NCBI GenBank assembly: GCA_002245135.1 | Contig: NGBS01001160.1 | Coordinates: 620,001 to 684,000 of the forward strand | Direction: 5' to 3' | Source of the DNA: Proteromonas lacertae | Lineage: Eukaryota | DNA: 64,000 nucleotides | Shown: positions 38,521 to 50,549 of the stretch, in pieces | Position numbering within the stretch: position 1 is the first letter of the stretch | Layout: each line of letters starts with the position of its first letter | Position numbers and translations under genes: made by a program | Notes under the pieces: model-generated | What the model was told of the DNA's origin: nothing | Databases searched by the model: none | What the model saw: the letters and a program-made list of their open reading frames with translations, nothing else

Positions 38521-41500
38521 ATGATTCATAATACTTATATACAACAATTCAGAGGCATTTCTATATTATTCATTATATTATTTCATTGTTCACAATCAAA
38601 TAACGGTTATTTAAGCGTAACAATATTTTTGCAGATTATTTTTAACGAATTATAGTTAATTTTCCACAACTATATATTACAATTATTTTAGTATTATTAT
38701 TTACAACTAATAAAAGCTATAATAGAATTAAAAATTTGTATATAGAAATTATTTTAGTCAATATGATAATCCATCCTATGTTTTACATTTTTGGTATATA
38801 TCTCTTGAGCAGCAAATATATGTAATATATCCAATTCTCCTATCTTGTTATTTATATTACAGGAATATACTCTATATTGCTTGCATAGTAAGTATAGCAA
38901 CATTTTCAACTAACTTGTCAAATAACGTTTCGTTTTCTTATTATATTAATATTTGTAAGATTTATGAATATATTCTTGGAATGTTATGAAATTCAAATCT
39001 TATATTACATAAATATTTAATAATCTTAATTCAATCAGTTGATATACATATTTATATAATATATAAATTTATAATATTAAATATAACTACATGGTATATA
39101 TTAAGAATGATCCATTTCAATCAACTTAACATATACTTTGTTTTAAACAACTATGTTTTATATATAATAGGAAATATATCATATGAAATGTATCTTATTC
39201 GTTATCCTCTTATCCAATTACTTAGTGTAAGATATCTTATTATACTATTAGTATATATTTTCAATTATATATCGCCTATAATTATCATTATATATCACTA
39301 ATAGAGAATCATTTTTTAATAAAAAATATAGAAATGTCATTATTGCGCCAAAAATTAATCCAATGAGAGAATATTTAATTGTATATTATTATTAGGTAAT
39401 TCACATTTGGAGCAATGGTTTCCTTCAATTATACGAATAGCTAAAGGAAAAAAGAATGGAATAATTTACGAAAATTTTCATGCAAATACAGTATTTTTCA
39501 ATAACAATTAAATCCTTCTCACTTAACTTGGCTTTTTATAATATTTGTAATTGAAATAGGGTTTTGAATATGTTGAATTTTTTTTAGAGATGTGTGATAA
39601 TGAAAAATTGTTTTGGGACTATAATATAATAATTAGTGTTATTTCCATAATATCAACAATTTTAGGATATAGTGACATAGAAGAAGTGATTAACATACAT
39701 TTTATAACATATAACGCCAAAATATTCATAATCATGATAGAATTAAGAAAGTTAGTGAAATTTTAAACTATCACACCATTATATTAGATGTCCTCACCGT
39801 TCATTACTTTTCTAAAATTTGTATGCACCACTTTCTTTACCGATTTGAAACATATGCTCGGGGTGATAGTCTTGAATGAATCTGCTATTTTTTTGATTAT
39901 TTCTTCTCTGTTTCAGTAAGAGCACGTCTCACTACGACGTTTCCATATCCCAAATATCATTTCAATTGGATTCAGGTGTGGACTATATGGAGTATTGAAT
40001 AATAATTCATTTCCTTATTCTTAATTAATTTTTCTGTATCAGGGGAATGGTAAATTATGCAATTGTCCATGAATATTAGGCATTTGCCTAATTCTTTGAT
40101 ATCATCAAGCAAGTATTGAATATATGTTCTAAAAATAATTGTTGAATTCTCTCCATATACTACTTGCGAAAAATGCATCTTAATATCACGCATACTTGCA
40201 ATCACTGTTATATGAGTTGCTGAGTTTGCCATATGTACCACTGGAGTAGTACCAATTTCAGCCCTTGCTCTACCTGTTACCAACCCCATCATCCAATGTG
40301 ACTCATCCACAAAGATGGGGCGATAACCTGATTCTAGATATGCCAAAAATTTTCGAACTACTATTTTTCTCTCTTCCTTTAGATTATTTATCTCACAAAC
40401 TCTTGATCCTCTGCTTACGAACCTCTTTAATGTAATTGTTGGCAATCCATCTCTCTTCATTTACATTGTTAATGTTCTTTGAACTGTACTTATAGACACT
40501 ACTTTGTTTGTTTTAGCTTTAATAGCTTCTTGAAGTTGTCTTAACGTTGCTCGATTGTTTCTTTTGATCTCTTCTAACAAGATCTCTCCATCACTTTTCC
40601 CCAGAAGTCTCATTTTGCCTTTGCGTACATTCACTTTATCTGAGTCTCTCTGGCTTTATACCAGTTATGTCTGAATATTTCAGTAACGAGTAATTCTGAC
40701 CTTCTACCGCATATACTTTCTTGAGGGTATCTATCTGCTGTTGGCTTATTTTCTGATATAGCCTTTTACTTGATGGAGGTTCAGAAGATGATTCTACTAC
40801 ATTATCATCATTATCCAACATAATTTCTCTTAATTCTACATAATATGAAACTGGACCATTATACACAATTTCATCATCAACCACTTGCTGAACTGCAGGC
40901 GCAGAATTAATAAAATCCTCTCTACAGTATTCATTTTTTATATAAGAATGAACATAAGTTTTTTTATTAATGATAGGTAGCTGAAAAGGAGTTGGCGCGA
41001 AAATCAATAATGATTAAGGCTTGAAGCTCGGCATTATTGAATGACAAAGAAAACTTCTTATGTGAAAATATTCGTTACAAAACTTTGGCTTGGCAAAGTT
41101 GAGTGAGAAGGATTTAATTGTTATTGAAAAATACTGTATAATAGAAAATATGGAATTATATTTATATATCAAAAAATATGTGCAAATAGTCAATAGTTAT
41201 TCTACTATAATAATATCATCTTTTTTTATGTCTCATTCATGGATTAAAAATCTTACAAATTTTAAACATCCATTTAAAAAATATATATATTATCTAATTA
41301 TACATCTCATATATTTATAATAAATGATATTCCTTTATTGCATATCAATCCTTTAAATTGTATTTACTCTGTAACAGAAAAAAGAGAATGTTTTGCAATA
41401 GATGGAATTAATTCATCTATTACTTTAATACCATTTATATATAATCAAAAAGTAAAATATTGCAATATGAATAAATATATTTGCACAAAGAACAAGATTC

Positions 41501-41604
41501 AATTTGTAGTAAACGGAATTATTGTTTATAAAGACGCTAATCATTTGATATTGTCTTTTTCTGATACTTTGACTGATTATCTTAAAAAATGTTTAATAAT
41601 ATAG
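38521..41604 (+). pseudogene. Acyltransferase-3 + SGNH (OafA/OatA-type) O-acetyltransferase, decayed and split by a Tc1/IS630 element
   Basis: IQQFRGISILFIILFH, NGYLSVTIF, HFWYISLEQQ, YEYILG, IGNISYEMYL..YP, LLGNSHLEQW (SGNH block I); after the insertion NDIP...NPLNC and IVYKDANHL (DxxH). Confidence 0.75.
39785..41007 (-). mobile_element. IS630/Tc1-family (approx. DD34E) transposase pseudogene; TIRs not identified
   Basis: PIFVDESH, IFMDNC..H, PYSPHLNPIEMIFGIWK; HTH region ATLRQLQEAI...VSISTVQRTL; stops and frameshifts. Confidence 0.85.
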
Positions 41605-41683
41605 ATCCATGATTTTAAATCTATCACTAAATTAAATAATAATTTAAGTCTATGAATATTGATAATTCATTAATTTTTAAACA

Positions 41684-42530
41684 CTAAAATCCATGCCAAC
41701 ATATATCTTTTACTTTATTGCTTAACATTATTTTAATCTGTTTTCTATGATAATATTTATTGATTTTTTGAAAGTTAATATTTAATTTATTATATATTAT
41801 AGCCATATGCATATCTTCTCTATATAATATTTTTCTTTCTTTCATTAATTCTTTAAACAAGGGAATAATATAATTTGAATTAATAATAACAAACCCACCG
41901 GCAACAAAATTAGGAAATGTACTAAATTTGTACAAAGATTTAGGTAAATATACTGAAGAATTTATATTTCTATTTACCTTCATGCTTGGATAATAGTATC
42001 CGGAAATCATATTCTTATTTATATATAAATAAGAGTACAAATAGATGAGAGGAATATTAGGGAATATATCATCATCTATTTTAATTATAAAATCTGATTT
42101 TAAGTTAAATAATATATAGTATCTGTATATGTTACTTGTTAATATAGTTAAATTATAATAACTATCAATAATGTCTATACCAATAATATTATAATTATTT
42201 TCTTTTTTAATATTTTCATAACATCCTTTAGTGGCTATAACAAAATAATATTTACATGAAACATGTAAGCATGAATTTGCCCATGTTTTCTTTATTATAT
42301 TTCTTTTGTTAATATGCAGAGAAGAAGATACTATAAAAAATATAATTGCAGAAAACGAATTATAATTGGGTGTAATTGAATAATTATAAATAAACAAATA
42401 ATGTAGATTCATTGATACTTTGATTGAATGAGAACATTTGTTTCGTTTATTATTGTATATAAATCTGTTTAATATATAATAAGAAATAAGAAAAAATAAA
42501 AATTTAGAAATAATACCTTCTATATTCTTA
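41684..42530 (-). CDS. GT31-like glycosyltransferase
   Basis: KRNIIKKTW, DSYYNLT, KIDDDIFPN, FPNFVAGG, REDMHM, WHG. The open frame extends upstream of Met 42412 through a hydrophobic anchor. Confidence 0.8.
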
Positions 42531-43569
42531 TAAAGTCATATCTTTTATATATCATAGTTCTAATATATTTTACTGATTTTTGTAATGATTTTAAACAATT
42601 CAAACGATAATAAACGTTATTTACAAGCAATTTAGGGGAAAATATTGTTCTATATATATTATCTAATAGTATAAATGACTTATAAATATCGCTATCCAAT
42701 TCTTTAACATAGCTTCCATATCCCTTCTCAATAAACTCTTTTTGATGAGATATCGGCCATGCTCCCATTGATTTCATTTCTAATAATGAAAGTGCACCTG
42801 TGTCATAGAATGAGAAATAAATAATAAATTTTGATTCATTAGCTAGTGATAATATAGATTCTCTTGAATGATTACCATACTTAATAATTTCAATTCTATA
42901 TTTCTGTTTCAAATATTCTATTAAACTATTTTCTTCATTTCTTTTATTTTTATCAGCATATTTTACATATATTAAAAAATCAATTGGTCTTTCATTATAC
43001 TCATTAATTCTTTTGGTACAATTATTCATTTCAATACAAGGCTTCAAATATAAGTATTTATAATCAAATGAATTACATTTATTGTTCTTCATTATTTGCT
43101 TTTTCACTCTAACAGAATGTAAAGCATATCCAAATATACTTTTCATAATTTCACACCAATGCTTTTCATATGTATTATTTATTGAATTATACCAATTTAA
43201 TGGAGTAACATTTGGACCATATATTATTCTTGAAAATATACCATTATATGATGGATTATTAAACAAATGAATAAAGCTAGCTCTTTGTAACCATACAAAT
43301 GTGTTTTGCATATTTATGATTCTTTTTATAAAATCTATTTTAACTGATTCTTTATAAAACATTTTTGTTGTTTTTGATAGTTTTTTATCTTCATTCCACT
43401 TTATTACTGCTTTATGAATATAAGTTGATAAAGATTTAGGACCTCCTTTACCATTCCTAGGAAATACAAGATAGATGATTATTGTGGTATTGTGGTTGTT
43501 TGTGGTAAATAAATAAACCATAAATATAGTAAATAAAAAATAAGTAATTATTATGTTTACTATTTTCAT
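42520..43569 (-). CDS. Putative GT-B (GT4-like) glycosyltransferase, type II membrane protein
   Basis: Anchor; GKGGP, YGPN, IKYGNH, FSFYDTGALSLLEMKSMG (D/E-x7-E motif). Confidence 0.6.
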   Translation of the reverse strand: MKIVNIIITYFLFTIFMVYLFTTNNHNTTIIIYLVFPRNGKGGPKSLSTYIHKAVIKWNEDKKLSKTTKMFYKESVKIDFIKRIINMQNTFVWLQRASFIHLFNNPSYNGIFSRIIYGPNVTPLNWYNSINNTYEKHWCEIMKSIFGYALHSVRVKKQIMKNNKCNSFDYKYLYLKPCIEMNNCTKRINEYNERPIDFLIYVKYADKNKRNEENSLIEYLKQKYRIEIIKYGNHSRESILSLANESKFIIYFSFYDTGALSLLEMKSMGAWPISHQKEFIEKGYGSYVKELDSDIYKSFILLDNIYRTIFSPKLLVNNVYYRLNCLKSLQKSVKYIRTMIYKRYDFIRI

Positions 43570-43611
43570 TTTAATTTCATATACAATTTTTCTAATTTTT
43601 ATGTGTAATTT

Positions 43612-44637
43612 ATGTTATTATTAAAAAAAAACTTCTTATTATATTTAGTAATTATGATAATAATAATATCATATAATATATGTATTACCTTCATAAACAA
43701 TTTAGTTTTGTCAGATGATATGAAACTTATGAGTGAAATAACTAAAATTAATGCTTGTTGTTTTGATAATATTCCAATAAAATGCAGCAGAAAATATACA
43801 TATATTAATAATAATGTTAAAAGAAAAATTATTAATACAGATAGTACGTTTATTTATTATCATAATAGAACAGCATACAATCATTCTTTTAAAATAGAAA
43901 AGTCAAAAATTCTAATAGCACTTCATTGTCATATATCTTTATTTTATCACAGATATGTATTTAGAAAAATATACAGCTCATATAATAATATACAGCTACT
44001 ATTTTTTATTGGTTTACATAATAATAATACCATCAATAAGCAACTATATAAAGAAATGAAGAAGTATAAAGATATAGTATTATTTAATTTCTATTGTGAT
44101 TATTTTAAATTATGTATGTTAACATATAACTTTCTGATGTGGGTAAAAGATTATCAGTATTTTTATGATATAATAATCAAACAAGATACTGACACTTATT
44201 TAAATATTGAGTTAGTAGAAATAGCAGTAAATAAAATAATGAAGCATAATGTATCATTTGTACTTGGTAAGATATGGAATTTAAATAATAACAAAAAGAA
44301 ATATCCCAGTGGAATGTCATATATATTTTTAGCTAAATCAATAAATCATTTACTTAGTAACATAGATAAAAAACTATATAATATTAAATGTAGCTTTGAA
44401 GAAGATATGCTATTTGGGCTTTTATCAAGAAAAGCAAACTTTTCTTTTTTTGACTGTTTTGAATCTTTTAAATATCCAGCATATAAATATATTCCTAAAG
44501 TCCATTACAATATAAACACTACATTTATGATTCATTCACTCAGAATAGCTGAAATTGCCTTTTTGCACTTCATAAAACAAAAAAACTATATGAACACATC
44601 ATATAAGTTAAATACAACTTGTAGTTTACATAATTAA
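43612..44637 (+). CDS. GT31-like glycosyltransferase
   Basis: LFFIG, EMKKYKDIV, DYFKL, KQDTDTYLN, YPSGMSY, EEDMLFG, IHSL. Confidence 0.82.
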   Translation: MLLLKKNFLLYLVIMIIIISYNICITFINNLVLSDDMKLMSEITKINACCFDNIPIKCSRKYTYINNNVKRKIINTDSTFIYYHNRTAYNHSFKIEKSKILIALHCHISLFYHRYVFRKIYSSYNNIQLLFFIGLHNNNTINKQLYKEMKKYKDIVLFNFYCDYFKLCMLTYNFLMWVKDYQYFYDIIIKQDTDTYLNIELVEIAVNKIMKHNVSFVLGKIWNLNNNKKKYPSGMSYIFLAKSINHLLSNIDKKLYNIKCSFEEDMLFGLLSRKANFSFFDCFESFKYPAYKYIPKVHYNINTTFMIHSLRIAEIAFLHFIKQKNYMNTSYKLNTTCSLHN

Positions 44638-44641
44638 TTGA

Positions 44642-45574
44642 ATGTTTTATAAGAATGTAAACATGTTAATTATTAAGACTTTTATAATTGTGTGTTTAAT
44701 GTGCCTTTTATTTAATTTGTTTAATTATTTATATAATAAAAAGAAAATTAATGATGATCATTCAGATAATGAAGAAGTGGAATATAATTTATTTAATCAC
44801 AATAGAAATACATACACTAAACTAAAATGTAATTTTATAAATATGCAATTTAGATATAAATCATATATTCCTGTTTTTATTTTAACTAAAGATAGGTTAT
44901 ATTCGTTAAAAGTCTTAATGAAAAGTCTATTTTTATTCAAAAAGAAATATAACTTGGATTTGTATGTTTTAGATCATTTTACATCATATGCTCCTACTCA
45001 AAAATATTTACATAATTTAGTAAGGAATAATAAGATAAAGTATATAGAATTAAAAACATTGGATTGGATGAAAATGGCAGATAATGAATTGCCTTATATA
45101 ATTAAAAATATTACTGAAAGTCATTCTTGCAAATACTATATTGTTACTGATCCAGATATGTGTTTATTATATACTCCGCTGGATATATTGGATTATTTTA
45201 TATATATTCTGAATAATTGTAAAGGGGTAGATGTAATAGGTCCATCAATGGTTGTTAGTAATTTGCCAAATTATTACACACTTGTAGATTATCATTTTAA
45301 AGATCAAAATAAAATAGTATCAAAAACACATTATGAAATATTTTGGAAAAATAGATTCTACTCATTGGTAGAAGCTACAGTTGACACAATATTCCAAGTA
45401 AGGAGAAGCAATAATATATTTAAAAGATTTAATGGAAGTATGTTTAGATCACTTCCTCCTTATTCAGTTATGCATTCTGATTGGTATATAAATCCATTAC
45501 ATATACCTAAATCTTTTACTTACTATGTAAATAGAAGCGGAAAAGTGAATCATAGTAAATGGAAGTATTTATAA
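44642..45574 (+). CDS. GT2-like glycosyltransferase
   Basis: Anchor; IPVFILTKDRL, LDHFTSY, YYIVTDPD, ATVDTIF, HSDWY. Confidence 0.7.
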   Translation: MFYKNVNMLIIKTFIIVCLMCLLFNLFNYLYNKKKINDDHSDNEEVEYNLFNHNRNTYTKLKCNFINMQFRYKSYIPVFILTKDRLYSLKVLMKSLFLFKKKYNLDLYVLDHFTSYAPTQKYLHNLVRNNKIKYIELKTLDWMKMADNELPYIIKNITESHSCKYYIVTDPDMCLLYTPLDILDYFIYILNNCKGVDVIGPSMVVSNLPNYYTLVDYHFKDQNKIVSKTHYEIFWKNRFYSLVEATVDTIFQVRRSNNIFKRFNGSMFRSLPPYSVMHSDWYINPLHIPKSFTYYVNRSGKVNHSKWKYL

Positions 45575-45581
45575 AATAATA

Positions 45582-46428
45582 ATGAATATTAAATTATACA
45601 TAATATTGTTTCTTATCATTGTTAGTTATTTATCTTATTTTTTATATTTACCAATTATTATTAAAGCGTGGAAATTATATGGTTATAAATGCATAGTTAT
45701 TATGGTATATCATAATATAAGTAGTGATATTTTATACATAAAAAAAATAATGATAAGTCTAGGAGCTATTGTATATTTGACAAAATTTAACGATACTTGG
45801 ATATTTAATTATCTCACGTGCCAAAGATAATGATCTATTTTATTTGACTGATGCTGATATGATTCCTGTATCAAAGAAATATTTCGATGATTTTGAGTAT
45901 AACATGTTAACAATAAAATCATTTGGTGTAAAAGGATATGGATATGGAAATAATTCAGGAAGATGGGCAATGTGTTATATTGTGGGTAATAAATATATAT
46001 GGAAACAAATACTAAAAGATGATGTAAAAAGTAAAAATTTAGAGCAAATTATTTCAAATATAATTAAAACTCAATTAAAGAAAGGTAAAAAATATTTTGA
46101 AAATTACATATATATTGATGAAGTATATATAAGAGATAAAATAAGAAACTGGCCTAAATTTAATTTTAATGTTGTATATCGTCCAAGAAATTATTTTAAC
46201 ACTAGAATTGACAGATCCAGATGGCCGAATAATATATCTACAATAGATAAAAATAGTCTAATAGATATTCATTTACCTAAATTGCCACTTAATGGAGAAA
46301 AATTAATTTGGTTCTGGAAAAAGCATATAATTCCATTACAAAAATATTTATTTAATGAAATACCATTTGGTATTGATTATATATATAATATAGAAATTAT
46401 TTTCAATCAATCCTACAATAATCTATAA
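45582..46428 (+). pseudogene. Putative glycosyltransferase (DxD), frameshifted near 45810
   Basis: ORFs 45582-45830 and 45844-46428 read as one protein: YFLYLPIIIKAWK...YLTDADMIP...AMCYI...RIDRSRW...DIHLP. Confidence 0.55.
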
Positions 46429-46445
46429 TTATATATAATTATATT

Positions 46446-47336
46446 ATGCGTATTACATTCTTGACATTTTTTATGATATTGTTATTGATGTTATATATAT
46501 ATTATTATGAAGTAAATTATCAACTCTATTTAAAAAAAACCTGTAGTAAAAATAAAATATTAGTTACAGGATCTTCATCAAATCATTTTCATTTACTTAT
46601 TTTGTTTATATACAATATATTTAAATATGAAAAAGACATGTGTTTAATTATTTGGAATTTAGGATTATCATCCCTACAAATTAACAAATTACTTTGTTTT
46701 TTTGCTATATTACATAAAGAGCAGAGAAATATTGATTTAATTTATAATAAATTTAACTACACTGACTATCCTCCTCATGTTAATATTAATAAAAATGTTG
46801 GTGTTTATGCATGGAAATCAATTATAATTTCTTTATCATATAGAAAATATAAAAAACCATTATTATGGCTTGATGCAGGATGTTTGATACGAGGATCGTT
46901 ATTAAGAATTTATAAAGAAATTGAAAAAAATACATTTTATACAATTGGAGCAGGATCAACTATTAAAGGATTTACATATATAAAGACTTTATTATTTTTA
47001 AATGTAAATTCAATTATTAGAAGTAAAACAATGTGTGCGGGAGGAGTTGTTGGATTAAAATATCCTTCTTCAGATGTTATTGATTTGCTAAATAGGTGGG
47101 TTGAATGTTCTTTAAATATAGATTGCATTGCTCCTAAATACTCTAATAGATCTAATCACAGACAAGATCAAAGTGTGTTTTCTATACTGCTTTATCAACA
47201 AAATTCTAATTTTAGCTGTTATAATACAAAATCTTTTAACTTTTCAACTCATTTTGATAGGCACTATTCAAAATATAATAATAGTGATTTTAATTTATAC
47301 ATAAAATTAATTGAAAAATGTATAAATATTTCTTAA
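46446..47336 (+). CDS. DUF1647 family GT-like membrane protein
   Basis: VTGSSSNHF, WNLG, YAWKSIII, WLDAG, CIAP, NHRQDQSVFSIL. Confidence 0.85.
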   Translation: MRITFLTFFMILLLMLYIYYYEVNYQLYLKKTCSKNKILVTGSSSNHFHLLILFIYNIFKYEKDMCLIIWNLGLSSLQINKLLCFFAILHKEQRNIDLIYNKFNYTDYPPHVNINKNVGVYAWKSIIISLSYRKYKKPLLWLDAGCLIRGSLLRIYKEIEKNTFYTIGAGSTIKGFTYIKTLLFLNVNSIIRSKTMCAGGVVGLKYPSSDVIDLLNRWVECSLNIDCIAPKYSNRSNHRQDQSVFSILLYQQNSNFSCYNTKSFNFSTHFDRHYSKYNNSDFNLYIKLIEKCINIS

Positions 47337-48320
47337 TAAATTGATAAACATTTAACATTTTTCCTTTTGCAAGCTAAATTAAAATATGAACTTCTACAAC
47401 TTCCTATTACATTATTACATTCAGAAAGGATATAATTTTCTGCAATTAGTTTAACTACGCATTTATTTATTTTATTACTATTATGCATTGCAAATCTTGC
47501 ATGACATATTTTTCCTTTTATAGTAAAGTTTATAATATTATTCCTATAAACTGATTCTATATATTTCTTAGTTGTAGTAGAATCAGACACTATAAAAATT
47601 TTTGATTTATTATCATTCTTTAATATAGCGTTAATATTTTTAATATATAAATCAATACTACCATTGTTATAGAACCTATTATCGCTTTCTCCGAAGTCTG
47701 ATAAATAACCTGTTCTTATATGTACTCCTATTATGTGGGATATTTTCTTAAATCTATTGAACTGTAAAATATGATTGTTTATTACTGAGGTTGCTATCAA
47801 TAATGTTTGATAAACAAACATTTCTATATTTCTATATTTTTCTTCATTTTGTTTCATTATTTGCTTTATTTTATTTGTTAAATTGTAGAATAATAAAATA
47901 TATGATACATAACTATGATATGTATAAATTCTTATAGGAATTCCATTTCTTAATTCTTTTAATACATTTATATTATTTTTGTTAAAAGTTTTTATATAGC
48001 TGATATTGTAATATTTAAGAAATATAATTTTTGGAATTTGAAAATAGAACATAATTTCGACCCAATTTATTATAAACATTGGATGATAAGACAGTATGGA
48101 TAATAGAATCGTACTTGCTAATGTGGGTATTTTATTGGCAAATCCACATCCTATATAAGGATAAAACAGTATTTTAGAATTATTGTTTTTCTTATTTACT
48201 ACTAGAAAATCATACCACATATCCAATTTAGTATATTTTTTTTTTTTCCATACTGTAATTATTATTAAAAGAATTAAAAGAACATTAAATATTAGAACTA
48301 TTTCAGAAAGTTTATTTATA
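47333..48320 (-). CDS. Fucosyltransferase-like (GT23/GT37/NodZ superfamily)
   Basis: GCGFANKI, IGVHIRTG, IFIVSDS, AENYILSEC, SSYF. The frame is open upstream of 48226 through a hydrophobic anchor. Confidence 0.8.
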
Positions 48321-48362
48321 TCTTATTATAGCAATTAACCAAATAAATCAAATCTCTATAAT

Positions 48363-49388
48363 ATGATATTTTACCTCTTTATTATATATATACTATTTTC
48401 TGTATATCTATTTAATTATATATGTAATTACATCTTTAAATTATTATTTTATAATACATTTCGTAATGAACACCAATTATTCTTTCATGATTTATTAATT
48501 AATTCTAATTTTACATCATTATGTCTATCTAAACATTTGTTTGATATGAGAAAAAGGTCAAAATATAGAAAAATAGGATATGGTGGACATCCTGAAAAAT
48601 ATATTATTTCTTTCCCATTAGATAGAAAAATATTATTATCTCCAAAGCTTATGCGCAATTATGTATATCTTCTTATATTTATACATTGCAGACCAGAAGA
48701 ATTTTATGAAAGATTAATTTCAAGAAAAATTTTATATAAAACAAAATTAGCAATAATAATATATATCACTTTAAAAAGCAATAATTATAAAATTAACAGA
48801 AAATTAGAATATGAAGCTAGTTTGTATAATGATATTGTTCAGTTTAATGAAATGTCATCATATTTTAATTTAAGTATACAGACAGCTCATATGATATCAT
48901 GGTCAATTAATATACGATTTAAGTATTTGTTAAAATCTGATATTGATGTATATGTTAATGTTCCTATAATTTATAACTGGCTAAAATACTATCAAAGCAA
49001 TAATTTGAATTATGCTATTGGTAAAATATCTAAAAGAACATTCATACTTAGAAATAAAAAATACAGTCACTATGTTCCTAAAAATATTATTAAAGATAAT
49101 ATATATCCTCCTTATTTGCAAGGCGTTGGATATATAATTCCTTACAGTACTGTTGTATTATTGAATATATCGATGAAATATGTCAATCCAAAAATTTGGA
49201 TTGAAGATGTTTTTATGGGATATATGTTCAAATATAATAATATATCGCTGATAGATATTTCTGAATATATAATTAGAGATCTTCCATACAATATATGTAC
49301 TACTATTCATAGTTTAAATAAGTATATGTTAATTCATGGATTTTATCCAATTGAAATATATATTATAAAAAAAAACAAAGTGAAGTAA
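48363..49388 (+). CDS. GT31-like glycosyltransferase
   Basis: EASLYNDIV, SYFNL, KSDIDVYVN, YPPYLQGVGY, IEDVFMG, IHG. Confidence 0.85.
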   Translation: MIFYLFIIYILFSVYLFNYICNYIFKLLFYNTFRNEHQLFFHDLLINSNFTSLCLSKHLFDMRKRSKYRKIGYGGHPEKYIISFPLDRKILLSPKLMRNYVYLLIFIHCRPEEFYERLISRKILYKTKLAIIIYITLKSNNYKINRKLEYEASLYNDIVQFNEMSSYFNLSIQTAHMISWSINIRFKYLLKSDIDVYVNVPIIYNWLKYYQSNNLNYAIGKISKRTFILRNKKYSHYVPKNIIKDNIYPPYLQGVGYIIPYSTVVLLNISMKYVNPKIWIEDVFMGYMFKYNNISLIDISEYIIRDLPYNICTTIHSLNKYMLIHGFYPIEIYIIKKNKVK

Positions 49389-49640
49389 CTTTCAAACTAT
49401 AAAATGTTGATATATTATAACAACATATCACATTATACACCTTTCTTATAATTATGTTTATAATTGTTGATATGTTAAAAAGCATTAGATTCACATTTTC
49501 TATATGCTTTCCTAAGTTTAAAAAGAATAAAAGAAATATGTTAAAAAATAAGTTCTATTATTTGAATCATAAAATATTGCATTGTTGGATTGTTTATTTT
49601 TAAAATTCGAATTTATAAAAGCAGATTGTCATAAGAAACT

Positions 49641-50503
49641 TTATTTATAATGATATCTTGCTATTATGTTATCTTTTATTGTATTATTGCAATTAAATTT
49701 TCTAATAATTTCATATCCCATATTATATAGAATTTGAAATAATTTTTCTATATCATATTCTCCTTTTCCATTCCTATTGCCACATGAGGCTTCTATATAT
49801 ATGAATTCACTTTTATGATTATCAAAAAATTGTTTTCCTCCTTCTATTAAATCATATTCAGCTGCTTCTACATCTATTTTAATCATTGATACAGTTGAAG
49901 GTATTAATTTATCAAAATCATCCAATCTTTTTACTAAAATTTCTTCTGAATAATCAGTGTGGTTGTAATATAAAGATGAATAAGACCAATTTTTCTTTGA
50001 TATTTTCATTGTTTGAATTTTTTCTTCCTTTCCTAAACCGTATGGAAATATAGTTATGTATTTAGAAAATTTTGGATTCATAAAAGTTGTTAAACTGAAT
50101 TGAAATAAATTGTTCGGAAGTGGTTCAAATGCATAAACAGTGACATTTTCTTCAGCAAAAACAAATGAGCAAGATCCTATATTAGCTCCAAAATCTATAA
50201 ATATTCCTTCTTTATTGCCAGATGAATATATATCATATATTTCTTGACATTCTAACCATTTACCTTGCTTTTTAATGGCATGGAAATATAATCATTTGAT
50301 CTCAATAACTGATAAAATGAATTAGTTTTATACTTTGCTAAAGCAAAATAGAATATTTGTTCATTTATTATAGTCGGTGGAACTATACAATGGAGTGAAT
50401 TAATGCTTTTATAATTTGTATATTTAAATTCGAAATTAATAAATTTAAATTTGCATAAAAAAAATAAAGCAATTACTACAAAAAATATATAAATGAACAG
50501 CAT
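49641..50503 (-). pseudogene. FkbM methyltransferase with one frameshift (~50280)
   Basis: Anchor + NDYIS | GKWLEC, FIDFGANIGSCS, AFEP, GLG, RLDD, MIKIDVEAAE. Confidence 0.8.
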
Positions 50504-50549
50504 ATGATGTTTATATTTTTTGAATAAATGTATGTATTATTTAACTTAA

